Assembly (NCBI GenBank): GCA_943787795.1
Contig: CALSNU010000005.1
Location: 160,001 to 224,000, forward strand
Length of the DNA: 64,000 nt
Origin: an uncultured bacterium
GTDB taxonomy: Bacteria > Planctomycetota > UBA1135 > GCA-002686595
Reading direction: 5' to 3'
Below are positions 48,951-58,923 of the stretch, piece after piece. The notes beneath the pieces were generated by a model that ran no database searches, was not told the DNA's origin, and worked only from the letters and a program-made list of their open reading frames with translations. Positions within the stretch are counted from its first letter, which is position 1. Every line of letters starts with the position of its first letter. A program made the translations under genes and the position numbers.

Positions 48951-50327
48951 TCAGCGGCGCTCGAACTGGCGGACGCCGAACCACCCCGCCGCATAGGTGC
49001 CCACCGCTGCGAAGGCGAGGTGGCCTCCCGAGAGGGGAGCGGTCATCCCGCCCGATAGGGCGAGCCCCGCGGCCAGGCCAGCGGCTGCGCCGAGGGCGAC
49101 TTCGAAGACGGGAACGGGGGCGATTTCCTGGGCGGCGTCCCTGCGGCTGGAGACCTCGTGGTCCGCGACGGGTCGCCCGGTGATCGCTAATCCAGCGGCT
49201 GAGCGGATACGGCGCAAGGCGCCTCCGGTCCAGCCTCCCACGGCGCCGAGCAGGCAGGCGTGAAGGACGTACATGACGGGGATGTCGAACCCGTGCTCGA
49301 CGGCGAGGGGCGCGGCCGCAGCGAGCCATGAGAACGCCGCTACGGACGCCAGGAGGGCGAGCGACGCGCGAACCTGGTGGCCCCGGGCTGCGGCCTGCCT
49401 GCGGTGGCCTTCCTCTCGCTCGGACTCCGCGGCGTCGTGTAGCGTCAGGAGGTCCTCCAGTCCCGGGGCCAACCCCGGGGTGAAGCCGCCGAGCCCGAGG
49501 CCCTGGCGCGTGGAATCGGGGAGGCTCCCCCAGAGCCGCGCGAACTCCACCCGCCGCCCGGAACTGTCGAGGGAGAAGAGGCCCGCGCGCGCCGCCCGAG
49601 CCTGGGCCCGCCGGGCTCCCTCGAGGTCACCGCGGGCCAGCCGCTGCTCCGCTCGGTGGAGCTCGAAGCGAGCGGTCTCCAGGTTCACCTCTACCCCTTC
49701 ATCAGGCGCCTCGCCAAGCGATAGGGACGTCCCGGCGGCGTCCATGTTCTCGAGTGCATCGCTGTTCTCGAGTGCGTCGCTGGCCCCGTGTCGCCCCAGG
49801 GTCCGCTCCCGGGTCAGGGAGAGGGCGGCTCGAAGCTCCCGTCGCTCCGCCGAGGCGAGGGGGCTCGGGTGCGCTCGGAGTTCTTCCGGGCCAAGGTGGG
49901 CGAGAAGATCCGCCTCGTCCTCCGACTCGAGCGACAGGCGAGCCTCCTCCACCTCCATCCAATGGACCCGGAATCCGGGGGGGGGAGCGAACGGGCTGGC
50001 CGGTTCAGGACCTGTCCATCGGCCCACTGAGGCCAACCAGAACCAGGTCAGAACCAGGCCCTCGTCTGTCGACTCGCGGGTCTCGCCGAGGGTCCTTCGT
50101 AGCCTCGTCGAGCCTCCGATGAAGACCCGCGCGGCGCGCCGAGCCGCCGTCTCCGCGCTCTCTCCGGGGCCCACCTCAGCTCGCGGCAGGCTCGCGAGCC
50201 CGCCGGACTCCATGATCGCAATCCGGGCGCCGGCCTCCGTACGGCGGATCACGATGACGCCGCCGGCGCTGATCACCGTGCTGCTCGCAGGATCAGCGCC
50301 TCGTCCCGTGTCTTCCCCCTCGCTCAT
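48951..50327 (-). CDS. Degenerate NUDIX-like domain + helical region + C-terminal ~4-TM membrane protein
   Basis: SAGGVIV...LPRAEVGPGESAETAARRAARV (Nudix box without the catalytic Glu residues); TM segments with GAVGG and YAAGW. Confidence 0.6.
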   Translation of the reverse strand: MSEGEDTGRGADPASSTVISAGGVIVIRRTEAGARIAIMESGGLASLPRAEVGPGESAETAARRAARVFIGGSTRLRRTLGETRESTDEGLVLTWFWLASVGRWTGPEPASPFAPPPGFRVHWMEVEEARLSLESEDEADLLAHLGPEELRAHPSPLASAERRELRAALSLTRERTLGRHGASDALENSDALENMDAAGTSLSLGEAPDEGVEVNLETARFELHRAEQRLARGDLEGARRAQARAARAGLFSLDSSGRRVEFARLWGSLPDSTRQGLGLGGFTPGLAPGLEDLLTLHDAAESEREEGHRRQAAARGHQVRASLALLASVAAFSWLAAAAPLAVEHGFDIPVMYVLHACLLGAVGGWTGGALRRIRSAAGLAITGRPVADHEVSSRRDAAQEIAPVPVFEVALGAAAGLAAGLALSGGMTAPLSGGHLAFAAVGTYAAGWFGVRQFERR

Positions 50328-50560
50328 GCCCCCGATCGTAAGGGGGCTCGTCCCGGATGTCGCGGCTCCGGGCAGACCCCGGGAAGACGCACATTCCAAG
50401 GGGCTGAGTGCCCGTCTCGATCCAGGACGGCCCGGCCACCCCAGGTCGGTCGTCGGACCTCGCTTTGGGGGAGGCGGGGCCCGGGACGGGTGGAGGCTGG
50501 GGCCGCGCCAGGAGCCCCTGCAACGTGAGGCCAGGGTGGTGGACCGGTCTTCCCCCGAAC

Positions 50561-50640
50561 GCCGACAGCCTCAAATGCCGATAGCCCCAAAAGCCGGGAG
50601 CCCTAATGACCGGAAGCCCTAATTGCCGGGAGCCCCCGTC
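50561..50640. repeat. 16-bp tandem repeat x5 abutting the terminator arm
   Basis: gccgacagcctcaaat / gccgatagccccaaaa / gccgggagccctaatg / accggaagccctaatt / gccgggagcccccgtc. Confidence 0.75.
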
Positions 50641-50669
50641 GCTCGTTCAACGGCGATGGGGGCTCCCGG
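50626..50669 (-). terminator. Stem-loop downstream of the small basic protein gene
   Basis: ccgggagcccccgtcgc...gcgatgggggctcccgg, a 17-bp stem with one mismatch. Confidence 0.6.
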
Positions 50670-50687
50670 AGTGGGTGGTGACTCAGG

Positions 50688-51005
50688 TCACTTCTTGCGG
50701 CGAGCTCGCGGCTTGCGGGCCTTCGGGACGCTGATGCCCTTCGATTCGTAGTACTCCGCGAGCGTGCGCTGGGCGCCGCTGAGCGCGCGCTTGAGGTCGG
50801 CGTCGGACGACTTCTTCGAGTTCTCCACGGCCTTGGTGAGGGCGCGGAACGCCGCGTTCATCTCCTTGGCTGCGGGATCGGCTTTGACCTTCTTGGCAGC
50901 TTTCCGCTGCTTGAGATCCTCGATCCGCTTCTGGAGGTCAGCGATGAGTTCCTCGTCCGTTCTCCGATAACGAGTCTTGCCAGCTTTCGGTTTGCGATCA
51001 GCCAT
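50688..51005 (-). CDS. Small basic (K/R-rich) protein, possibly nucleoid-associated
   Basis: 105 aa, ~30% K+R, amphipathic helices and basic tails; has its own AT-rich upstream region and downstream hairpin. Confidence 0.75.
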   Translation of the reverse strand: MADRKPKAGKTRYRRTDEELIADLQKRIEDLKQRKAAKKVKADPAAKEMNAAFRALTKAVENSKKSSDADLKRALSGAQRTLAEYYESKGISVPKARKPRARRKK

Positions 51006-51126
51006 TTGTAGTGTCGGTTGCTAGTGGGCCAGTGGACTGTGCTGCCATCGGGAAGATCTGTGGGTCGAGGTGGCAGATATCAAAAAACTAGCGATTAAGG
51101 ACGCATCGAGCAACCGGTAATAGGGC

Positions 51127-51158
51127 GCGGGCTATCCCTATGGAAGGGGATAGCCCGC
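51127..51158 (-). terminator. Stem-loop downstream of the coiled-coil gene
   Basis: Perfect 12-bp stem gcgggctatccc / gggatagcccgc. Confidence 0.6.
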
Positions 51159-51189
51159 TTGTTGGCGAAGTGTTATCCGCTTTGAGTGC

Positions 51190-54100
51190 TTAGGACTTAC
51201 CGGTCTTCGCCCTCTTGGCCCGCTCCTCGTCGGTCAACTGATCCTCAAGGGCGGCCAGCATGGGCTTGAGATTCGCGAGCATCGAGGCCGCGGCGGACAT
51301 GGCGGAGCCCTTCTCCTCGAGGAGGCCCGAGCGGTCCGCGAGCAGCTCGTTCGCAGCCTCCAGCGCCGCCGTCAGCTCGTCGGCCTGAGTCTCCTGGTCG
51401 TTGAGGCGAGCGCTCGCGGCCTTCAGCCTCGCGTCGAGGTCCTCCGCCCGTTGCTCTGCCTTGGCGAGTCGCGCCGCCTGCTTCTTGGCCTCGGACCGAA
51501 GGGCGGTGATCTCCTTGGACTGCACCTTCTTCTCCTTGCGAGCCTCCGCGAGGCGGCCCTCGACGGCCTCGACGGCCTTCTGGCGCTCCTCGATCTCCTT
51601 GCGGAGCCCGGCGATCTCGGCCCCGGTGGCCTGCTCGAAGCTCTCGAACCTCTCGCGCTGCCCGGCCATCTCGCTGGTCCGTCGCTCGATCTCTGCGCCA
51701 GCCTCCTCGAGCGCGCGCGCGCGCTCGTTGGACTCGGCTTCGGCGGCCTCGAGGTGGCCCGCGATGCGGTCGCGCTCTCCGCCGAGGTTCTCGAGATCCT
51801 GCGTGAGGCGGGCTTCGTTCTCCCCGAGGCCTGCCACGACCTTGGCCTGCTCGTCGCGGAACGTCGCCATCGACTGCTCCGCGGCGTCGAGGGCCGCCTC
51901 GCGTTCACCGAGCCGCGTCGAGAGGTCGGCGGCCCGCTGGTCGGCGTTCGCGGCGGTGTCGCGGGCCTCGGCGAGGGCGCTGGAGACCTCCTGGAGTTGC
52001 CCGGAGGTCTGCTCCAGCTCCTGGTTCGTGCGCTGACTGAGCGCCTGGCTCTCCGAGAGCTGGCCCTCGAGGGCCTCCTGCTCGGCTTCGAGCGCGGCGC
52101 GCTGGGTGCCGAGCGCCTCGACCCGGGCCTCAAGGCCGGCGCGCTCCTCGCTGGTCCTCTGAAGCTCCTCGTCCGCGACGTTGGCGCGCTGGACCTCGGT
52201 CTCGATCGCAGCCTGAAGCGACTCGATCCTGGAGGAGAGGTCGGCGCGCTGGGCTTCGAGCTCCGTCGTCTGTTCGTTGGACTGGCGGCGCTCTGCCCCG
52301 AGCTGGTCGTTGAGCCGTTCGACGTCCGTCTCGAGGGCCGCTCCGGCCTCGAAGAGTTCATCACGCTCCGCGGCGATCGCGACCGCCTCCGACCTGGACT
52401 GGTCGAGCTGATGGGTCAGCTTGGCGAGGTCCTTCTCGAGGCCAGCGGCGTGCTCGGCGAGCGTCTCTCTGGAGCGCTCTCCATCGAGCGCTTCCGAGAC
52501 GGCGGCGTTGAGCTGGTTCTTCAGGTCGTCGGCCTCGACCGAGAGGGCCTCGGTCTGGCTCTGGAGGGCATCGCGGCGAGCGGCGAGCTCGGCGACCTTC
52601 TCCCCGGAGGCTTCCTCGGCGGCCGCGGCGCGCGCGGTCCGATCCTCGACCTCGGCCTGGAGCTCCTCGATGGTGGAGGAGAGCTGGGCCTCGGTGGCGG
52701 ACCTCTGCTCGTCGGCGGCGCGGGCCATGGCGGCGTGGCGCTCGACCTCGGCCTGGAGCTCCTCGATGTTGGAGGAGAGCTGGGCCTCGGTGGCGGACTT
52801 CTGCTCGTCGGCGGCGCGGGCCATGGCGGCGTGGCGCTCGACCTCGGCCTGGAGCTCCTCGATGTTGGAGGAGAGCTGGGCCTCGGTGGCGGACTTCTGC
52901 TCGTCGGCGGCGCGGGCCATGGTCGGCGTGGCGCTCGACCTCGGCCTGGAGCTCCTCGATGTTGGAGGAGAGCTGGGCCTCGGTGGCGGACTTCTGCTCG
53001 TCGGCGGCGCGGGCCATGGCGGCGTGGCGCTCGACCTCGGCCTGGAGCTCCTCGATGTTGGAGGAGAGCTGGGCCTCGGTGGCGGACTTCTGCTCGTCGG
53101 CGGCGCGGGCCATGGCGGCGTGGCGCTCGACCTCGGCCTGGAGCTCCTCGATGGTGGAGGAGAGCTGGGCCTCGGTGGCGGACTTCTGCTCGTCGGCGTC
53201 GCGGGCCATGGCGGCGTGGCGCTCGACCTCGGCCTGGAGCTCCTCGATGGTGGAGGAGAGCTCCTGCGCACGCTCAGCCTCATCTCCTCGGGCCGTGTTC
53301 GCCGCTTCAGCGGCTTCGAGCGCCTCGGCGAGCTTGAACCCCTCGGCCTCGAGGGCCTCGCTGAGTGCCTTCACGTCTCCCTCCAAGGCCGCGCGCGATT
53401 CGGCGGTCGCCTCGTGGGCGGCGGTTCGTTCGGCGAGCGCCGTCTCGACCTCCGTGGCGCGGGTGGAGGCGTCCTCCAGCTGAGCCTCGAGCGAGTGGAC
53501 GAGATCATCGACCTCTCGTTCGCGGGCTTCGGCCTGTTCACGGGCGGCTTCGGCGCGTCCTTCGGAGTCTGCCGAGATCTCGGCCACCTCGTCCTGGGAG
53601 GCGGCGAGCGCCTCACGGGCTTCGGTGAGCGCACCCTTGAGGTCGTTGATGGAGCCCGCAGCGACCTCCTGATCCTCGTCGAAGGTCTCGCGGAGGGCGG
53701 CGGCCTCTTGCTGCACGGCCCGGAGCTGCGCTGCGCTCTCGCTCGCCTCTTCGCGCGAGGTCTCGAGCTCTTGCTCGAGGCCGTCGATGCCTGTGCGGGC
53801 CGCGGACAGCTGCTCCTGGAGCTCTTCTGCCTGGCGAGCGTGCGCGTCGGTGGCCTCTTCGAGCGCGGCCTCGGCAGCTCCGGAGCGCTCCTGGCTGGAC
53901 GCGAGGTCACCCTCGAGCTGCTCGCACCGGTTGCGAGTCTCGGTGAGCGCGGTCTCCAGATGGGCGGCGCGCGCCTCGTGCTCCTCGCACACGGCGGTGA
54001 GGGAGGACTCGAGGTCGGCCCGGGCGCTCCGGCTGACCTCAAGGTCACCCTCGAGCTGCTCGCAGCGACCTCTGGATTCTTCGAGCTCGCCATGGAGCGC

Positions 54101-55408
54101 GTCGCCGCGCTCCTCGGCGAGCGTGAGCTCTGCCTCGAGCCTCTCGGCCTGGCGGCCAGCCTCTTCAAGCTCCTGCCCCAGCTCATCGCAGCGGTCCTTC
54201 GACTCGGTCAGCTGCTGGCCGAGCTCTTCGGCGCGGGCGACGTGCTCTGCAGCGGCCGCAGCCATCGCCTCCTCGACCTCGGCGTGCGCGGTCCGTGCCT
54301 CGGCCAGCTGTCCGTCAAGCTGCTCGCTGCGCTGCTCGGCCGACTGCAGGTTCGACTCGAGCTCGGCAGCCTTGGCCTGATGCTCCTCGTCGCTGGCTCC
54401 CATGGACGCCTCGAGGCGTGTGCAGGCCTCCTGGGAGGCGGCCAGCTGATCGGCGAGGGCGTCGCTGCGCTCGTCAGACTGCTGGGCGGCGGTCTCGAGC
54501 GCCTCGACCTGGGCCTCGAGCGTGACACGAGCCTCGCGGGCGAATTCCTCCTGGGCGGAGAGGGCCTCGGTCTGCTCTTCGAGGGACGTTGCCAGCTGGT
54601 CGCCCTGCTGGACGGCCGCCTCGAGCTCCGCGAGGGCGGTCTCGGCGTCGGTCCGGGCCCCCTCGAGCTCCTTCTGCGCCTCATCGCGGTCGGTCCGAAG
54701 CTCGTCGTTCTGGTCCTGGAGGCCGGCGGCCTCGGCCTGGAGGGTCGCGACGCGCTCGTCCGCTGCCTCGAGGTTCGCGGTGGACGAGGTCAACGCCTCA
54801 CGGACCTCTTCCAGCTGCTGCTCGGCGCCGGAGAGCTCATCCCGGAGCCTGCGGGCCTCGTCCTGGGTCGCGTCGAGGCGGTTGGAGGTCTCCCCGAGTT
54901 GACCCTCGAGCGGGCGCAGGGACTCGATGCGCGCGGTCAACTCGTCGATCACGGTGGTCTGACGCTCGAGCTCGACCTCCTTCTCGCGGGTGGCCTCGTG
55001 GATTCGTCCGCGCCATGCGGCCACATCGTCCTGGAACTGGGCCACCTCCCGGGGCCCCGTCTCCTCGACGGGGAACTCCGGAGACTCCACGGGCGCCTTC
55101 TCGGCGAACTTGGTCGAGATCCCCTCGTGGGCATCGAGGGCCTTCTGGAGGCGCCTCATCTGCCGTGTCTGCTCGCTCAGGCGGGTGCGGAGGGCGGTCT
55201 CCGACCGATCGAACTCGCTAATCACCCGCTGCACGCGGTCCTCCATCTGCACGTATACCTCGTAGCGTTCGCGCACCTGGCGGGTCATCTCTTTGGCCAG
55301 GGAGGCGCGTTCACGGCGGTTTCGGTGCTCGGCGACGGCAAAGGCGAGGAGGGCTCCGGCGACGGCTGAGCCGAGGCTCACAAGCATGGCGATGGCGGGG
55401 ATGGACAT
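51190..55408 (-). CDS. Very long membrane-anchored coiled-coil protein (~1405 aa if repaired); +1 frameshift at 52923
   Basis: N-terminal TM helix followed by continuous E/A/L/Q/R heptads. ORFs 52361..55543 and 51190..53283 join into one frame when the extra T at 52923 is removed. Confidence 0.82.
52645..53261. repeat. 96-bp (32-aa) near-perfect coding tandem repeat, ~6.4 copies
   Basis: Unit starts at 52645, 52741, 52837, 52934, 53030, 53126 and 53222 (one spacing is 97). Encodes LSS(T/N)IEELQAEVERHAAMARAADEQKSATEAQ. Confidence 0.95.
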
Positions 55409-55747
55409 GGTCTCGATGTCGGAATCCACCGCCAGGCATCCGAAGACCGCCGTTCGAATCCACGCCAGGGGTTCCCAGGCGTCCCTGGACGAGACATTTC
55501 TCGGGGCTGCCCGATGCTCGACTGAGATCAAGGATCCATGCATCGCTTCGGGATCGCGCGGCGACTGCTTTCATGAGGAAGGAAGAGATCCAGGGGGCGC
55601 CACGGTCGGCGCCTGGTGCCCCCCGAGCGGGCGCTGCTCCTGCGGCCCTGCCCGATCCCTCCGAGCCCCCTCCCGAAGCCTCCGCAATGGTCGATCTCAG
55701 CCCCGAGACTACATCCTCATCGCACGAGGGAATGGCCGTGGGCCGCC

Positions 55748-55790
55748 CTGCGGCGGGCGCTGCGGCGGGCGCTGCGGCGGGCGCTGCGGC
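55748..55790. repeat. 12-bp tandem repeat x3.5 upstream of the sigma factor
   Basis: Unit ctgcggcgggcg. Confidence 0.8.
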
Positions 55791-55926
55791 ACCGCGACGC
55801 GCCCCTGCGGCCACTCCGGGGGAGGCAGATTCGGGGACCGATTCCCCGATCATGACCGAGTCTGGTGTCAGCGACGCTATGCTCGGCGCGACCGTTGACC
55901 GTACCGAGTGCGGCGACGCGTTCTTC

Positions 55927-56502
55927 ATGAACCCCAGATCCGTTCAGGAAACATCCCTGCTCGCCAGGGTCGCCGATGGCGACCCCTCGGCCATTCGGGA
56001 TGTCCTCTCTCGCTACTCAGCGCTCGTCTGGTCGCTGTCTTCGAGCCTCTCGAAGGACCCGCACGAGGTCGAGGATGTGGTTCAGGACATCTTCGTGGAC
56101 GTTTGGCGCAGCGCCGCTCGCTACGACCCGGCCGTCGCCTCGGAGGCGACCTTCATCGCGACGATCGCGAGACGCAGGGTCATCGACCGTCGTCGCCGTG
56201 CCGGTCGGCGCGTGGACCCCGAGCCCCTCGATGAGGAGCTGGCGCCCGGCGCAGAGGACGAGGGCCTCCGGCAGGTGGACCTCGATGATGAGGCGCTCCA
56301 GGCGAGAGAGGCCGTGGCACAGCTCTCGGGCGACCGTCGCAGGGTTCTGGAGATGTCCGTGGTCGAGGGCCTCACCCATCGCGAGATCGCGGCGGACACC
56401 GGGATCCCGCTCGGGACCGTGAAGAGCCACATCCGGCGGGGCCTCGCCGAGGTCTCCGAGAAACTGAAGGCGCGTCGCAGCGCGACGGAGGACCGAGCAT
56501 GA
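55927..56502 (+). CDS. ECF RNA polymerase sigma factor (SigK-like)
   Basis: EDVVQDIFVDVWRSAARYD and GLTHREIAADTGIPLGTVKSHIRRGL. Start at 55927 or 55879. Confidence 0.92.
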   Translation: MNPRSVQETSLLARVADGDPSAIRDVLSRYSALVWSLSSSLSKDPHEVEDVVQDIFVDVWRSAARYDPAVASEATFIATIARRRVIDRRRRAGRRVDPEPLDEELAPGAEDEGLRQVDLDDEALQAREAVAQLSGDRRRVLEMSVVEGLTHREIAADTGIPLGTVKSHIRRGLAEVSEKLKARRSATEDRA

Positions 56503-57434
56503 AGGTCGGACCTGGAATGCCTTCCCATGACGGGGAGAGCCGCGAGGAGCTCGCGGCCATCGCCGCTCTCGAGGGGCTCGGCGTCCTCTCGGACAGTCAG
56601 CGGGCCCTCGTGGACGAGGATCGAGTCCGAGAGCTCGAGCACGCCGCGGGCGCGATCTTCACCGCTCTCTCCCGCTCGCAGGCGGAGCAGGCCCCGGCCC
56701 AGATTGTGGATCGGCTTGAGGGTCTGCTCTCAACCCAGGCCGCCGCGGACGCCCAGGATGCCCGCCTTCGCGGCCACTCCCATCTGCACGACACCCTGCG
56801 GGGTGTGACACAGCGAGCCCCTCACGAGCCGTCGTTCCCCCCTTCGCAACGAGACGCCGGGACGGGGCCCGAGCTCGACTCGGACGAGCGGAAGGGTGGG
56901 TCAAGCGACCTCGCTGCTCCCGCTGCCTCGGCGCCTTCAGGGCCCCGATTCCGCCTGGTGGGTGGCTGGCTGGCCGCCGCGGCGCTCCTGGTCGCGACGA
57001 TTGCGGCCTACGGCCGTATCGCCTCGCTCGAGGCGACCTACGGCGCGGGGTCAGCCGAGGCCCGGCGCAGCGAGATGATCGCCACGGCCGCAGACGTCGA
57101 GGTGTTGCCCTGGGCCACTGAGGGCGTCTCTGGAGACGTGACGTGGAGCGACGCGCGCAACGCGGGCTTCATGAGGATCGAAGGGCTCGTCCAGAATGAC
57201 CCCTCGGTCTCCCAGTATCAGCTCTGGATCTTCCGGGGCCTGGACCCCGCGACGGAGGCTCACCCCGTCAGCGGCGGCGTCTTCGACGTGGCGGGCGACG
57301 GCGAGGTGATCATTCCCATTGACGCCCAGCTCGAGCTCGGGCGCGCGGGACTCTTCGCCGTGACGGTCGAGGAGCCGGGCGGCGTGATGGTGTCGGAGCG
57401 CGAACAGATCGTGCTCGTCGCCAGCCGCGCCTGA
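56499..57434 (+). CDS. Anti-sigma factor, RskA-like
   Basis: ATGA overlap with the sigma gene; single TM (GWLAAAALL); YQLWI and FAVTVEEPGG motifs. Confidence 0.88.
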   Translation: MKVGPGMPSHDGESREELAAIAALEGLGVLSDSQRALVDEDRVRELEHAAGAIFTALSRSQAEQAPAQIVDRLEGLLSTQAAADAQDARLRGHSHLHDTLRGVTQRAPHEPSFPPSQRDAGTGPELDSDERKGGSSDLAAPAASAPSGPRFRLVGGWLAAAALLVATIAAYGRIASLEATYGAGSAEARRSEMIATAADVEVLPWATEGVSGDVTWSDARNAGFMRIEGLVQNDPSVSQYQLWIFRGLDPATEAHPVSGGVFDVAGDGEVIIPIDAQLELGRAGLFAVTVEEPGGVMVSEREQIVLVASRA

Positions 57435-57514
57435 GCCCTGGCCGCGGACTCCGGGCCGGCGCCAAGCCGACACCGAGTCGACGCGAGGGCCCGTTTGCAG
57501 GGAGGCGTTCTCCG

Positions 57515-57592
57515 CCCCGACGCCGAGGCCCAGGCTCGGCGGCCCGGCGCCGAAGCCCGTCTCCGGAGCCCGGCGCCGAAGCCCCGCGCGGA
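57515..57592. repeat. ~26-bp tandem repeat x3 between convergent genes
   Basis: Core gcccggcgccgaagccc. Confidence 0.65.
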
Positions 57593-57882
57593 GCAGAGCG
57601 GCCTCTTCAAACGGGCGAGGTCGCTCCGGCGTGAGCGTCGCTTGCCCCGCGTGGCGGCCATCTCCGTGACGCCGCGCGGAGAGCGCATGGAGGCGCTCCG
57701 CGATCGGACGCCTGAGAGACCTCAGGGCTTCCGGTGGCTTGGGCCCGAGTCCGGGCCCTGATGGGAGCAGGCGGCGTGACCGACGGACGCTGCCGCGCGC
57801 GGTGGGGGCGGCAGGTCCTCCGTGCCCTTGCGCCCACGAGCGCCACCGGAGAGGTGGCGCGCTCGATCGCAGGGGCCGGCGC

Positions 57883-58923
57883 TCAGCTGAGGCCGACCAG
57901 CATGCGTGCGGACTGGACACCGTTGATGAGGTCCGTCGCGAACCCGTCGGCCCCGAGCTTCTTGGCGTCCTCCTCGCTCCGCAGCGCGGCGCCGCCCACA
58001 AGGACCGGGATCGTGCTGTCCCTCGAACCCAGATAGCTCGTCAGCGCATAGCGCTGGGCCACGAGCGTCGCCGACACGGCGATCACGTCGCACTCGTAGG
58101 CCGCGGCGGTCGCGTCGATCTCGTCGGCGGGGGTGTCGGCCCCGGCCAGCGCGACGCGCCATCCGTCCTGCTCGAGGAGCAGCGCGAAGGCCACCAGTCC
58201 GGTGTCGTGGGCATCGCCGGGGACGGCGGCGACCAGGACGGCCTTGCCGTTGCGCGTGGTCGCCGGGAGCGCGGCGGTGAGTCCGTGGAGGGCGCTGCGT
58301 AGCGTGGCGGTGATCACGTGCTCGGCGGCGACGCCCATCTCACCCACGTGCCAGCGACGACCGGCCTCTCGGGCTGCGGGCAGGAGGATGTCGACCACGG
58401 CTTCGTTCAGGCTGAAGGTGCCCGCTCGGACGCCTTCCAGCAGATAGTTCCGAGCGCTCGCCAGATCGCCGACGAGCGCGAGGTCGAACAGCTCCAGGGC
58501 TCGAGAGCCCTGCTGGAGGCCGGTGGACTGGGCGGCCGGCTCCTCCAGGGCCTTCGCAGCAGCGTCGAAGAACCGGTCGATGGAGGTGTCGTTCGTCCCT
58601 GGGAGCTGGGCCGTCAGCGTCTCCCGCATGCTCTCGAGCGCGACGAGGACGTCACCGGCCTCGACGTCGCGGGAGGTGATGACCGCTCGGAACCAGACCA
58701 TGTCGTCAGCGAAGAGCTTGGGGTCATCGGCCTCGAGGGCAGACGCGAGCGCCTCCAGCCGTGCGGAGAGCGCCTTGCGCCAGGAGTCAAACCCCGACTC
58801 GCCGTACCGCGTGTCCGAGGCCTCGACCTTCTCGAACAGGCGGGCCGTGGAGAGGCCGGCCAACCCGCGACTGGTGGTGCGGATGAGCTCTGCGGTGAAT
58901 TCAGCGGCTCGAGTCATGGTCAT
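57883..58923 (-). CDS. Globin-like + cobalamin-binding domain protein (photocobilin-like)
   Basis: W-x9-EH (WHVGEMGVAAEH), PGDAHDTG, VIAVSAT and VLVGG motifs; helical N-domain; no HTH. Confidence 0.82.
   Translation of the reverse strand: MTMTRAAEFTAELIRTTSRGLAGLSTARLFEKVEASDTRYGESGFDSWRKALSARLEALASALEADDPKLFADDMVWFRAVITSRDVEAGDVLVALESMRETLTAQLPGTNDTSIDRFFDAAAKALEEPAAQSTGLQQGSRALELFDLALVGDLASARNYLLEGVRAGTFSLNEAVVDILLPAAREAGRRWHVGEMGVAAEHVITATLRSALHGLTAALPATTRNGKAVLVAAVPGDAHDTGLVAFALLLEQDGWRVALAGADTPADEIDATAAAYECDVIAVSATLVAQRYALTSYLGSRDSTIPVLVGGAALRSEEDAKKLGADGFATDLINGVQSARMLVGLS

Noticed and set aside
52645..53261. 96-bp array as CRISPR or a mobile element
   Set aside because: It is a contiguous in-frame coding repeat without spacers or terminal repeats.
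51190..55408. SMC or phage tape-measure protein
   Set aside because: No ATPase head or hinge motifs, and no phage genes in the neighbourhood.
57495..57761. 88-aa Arg-rich ORF between the anti-sigma and B12 genes
   Set aside because: It overlaps a tandem repeat, has low-complexity composition typical of GC-rich non-coding frames, and shows no motif.
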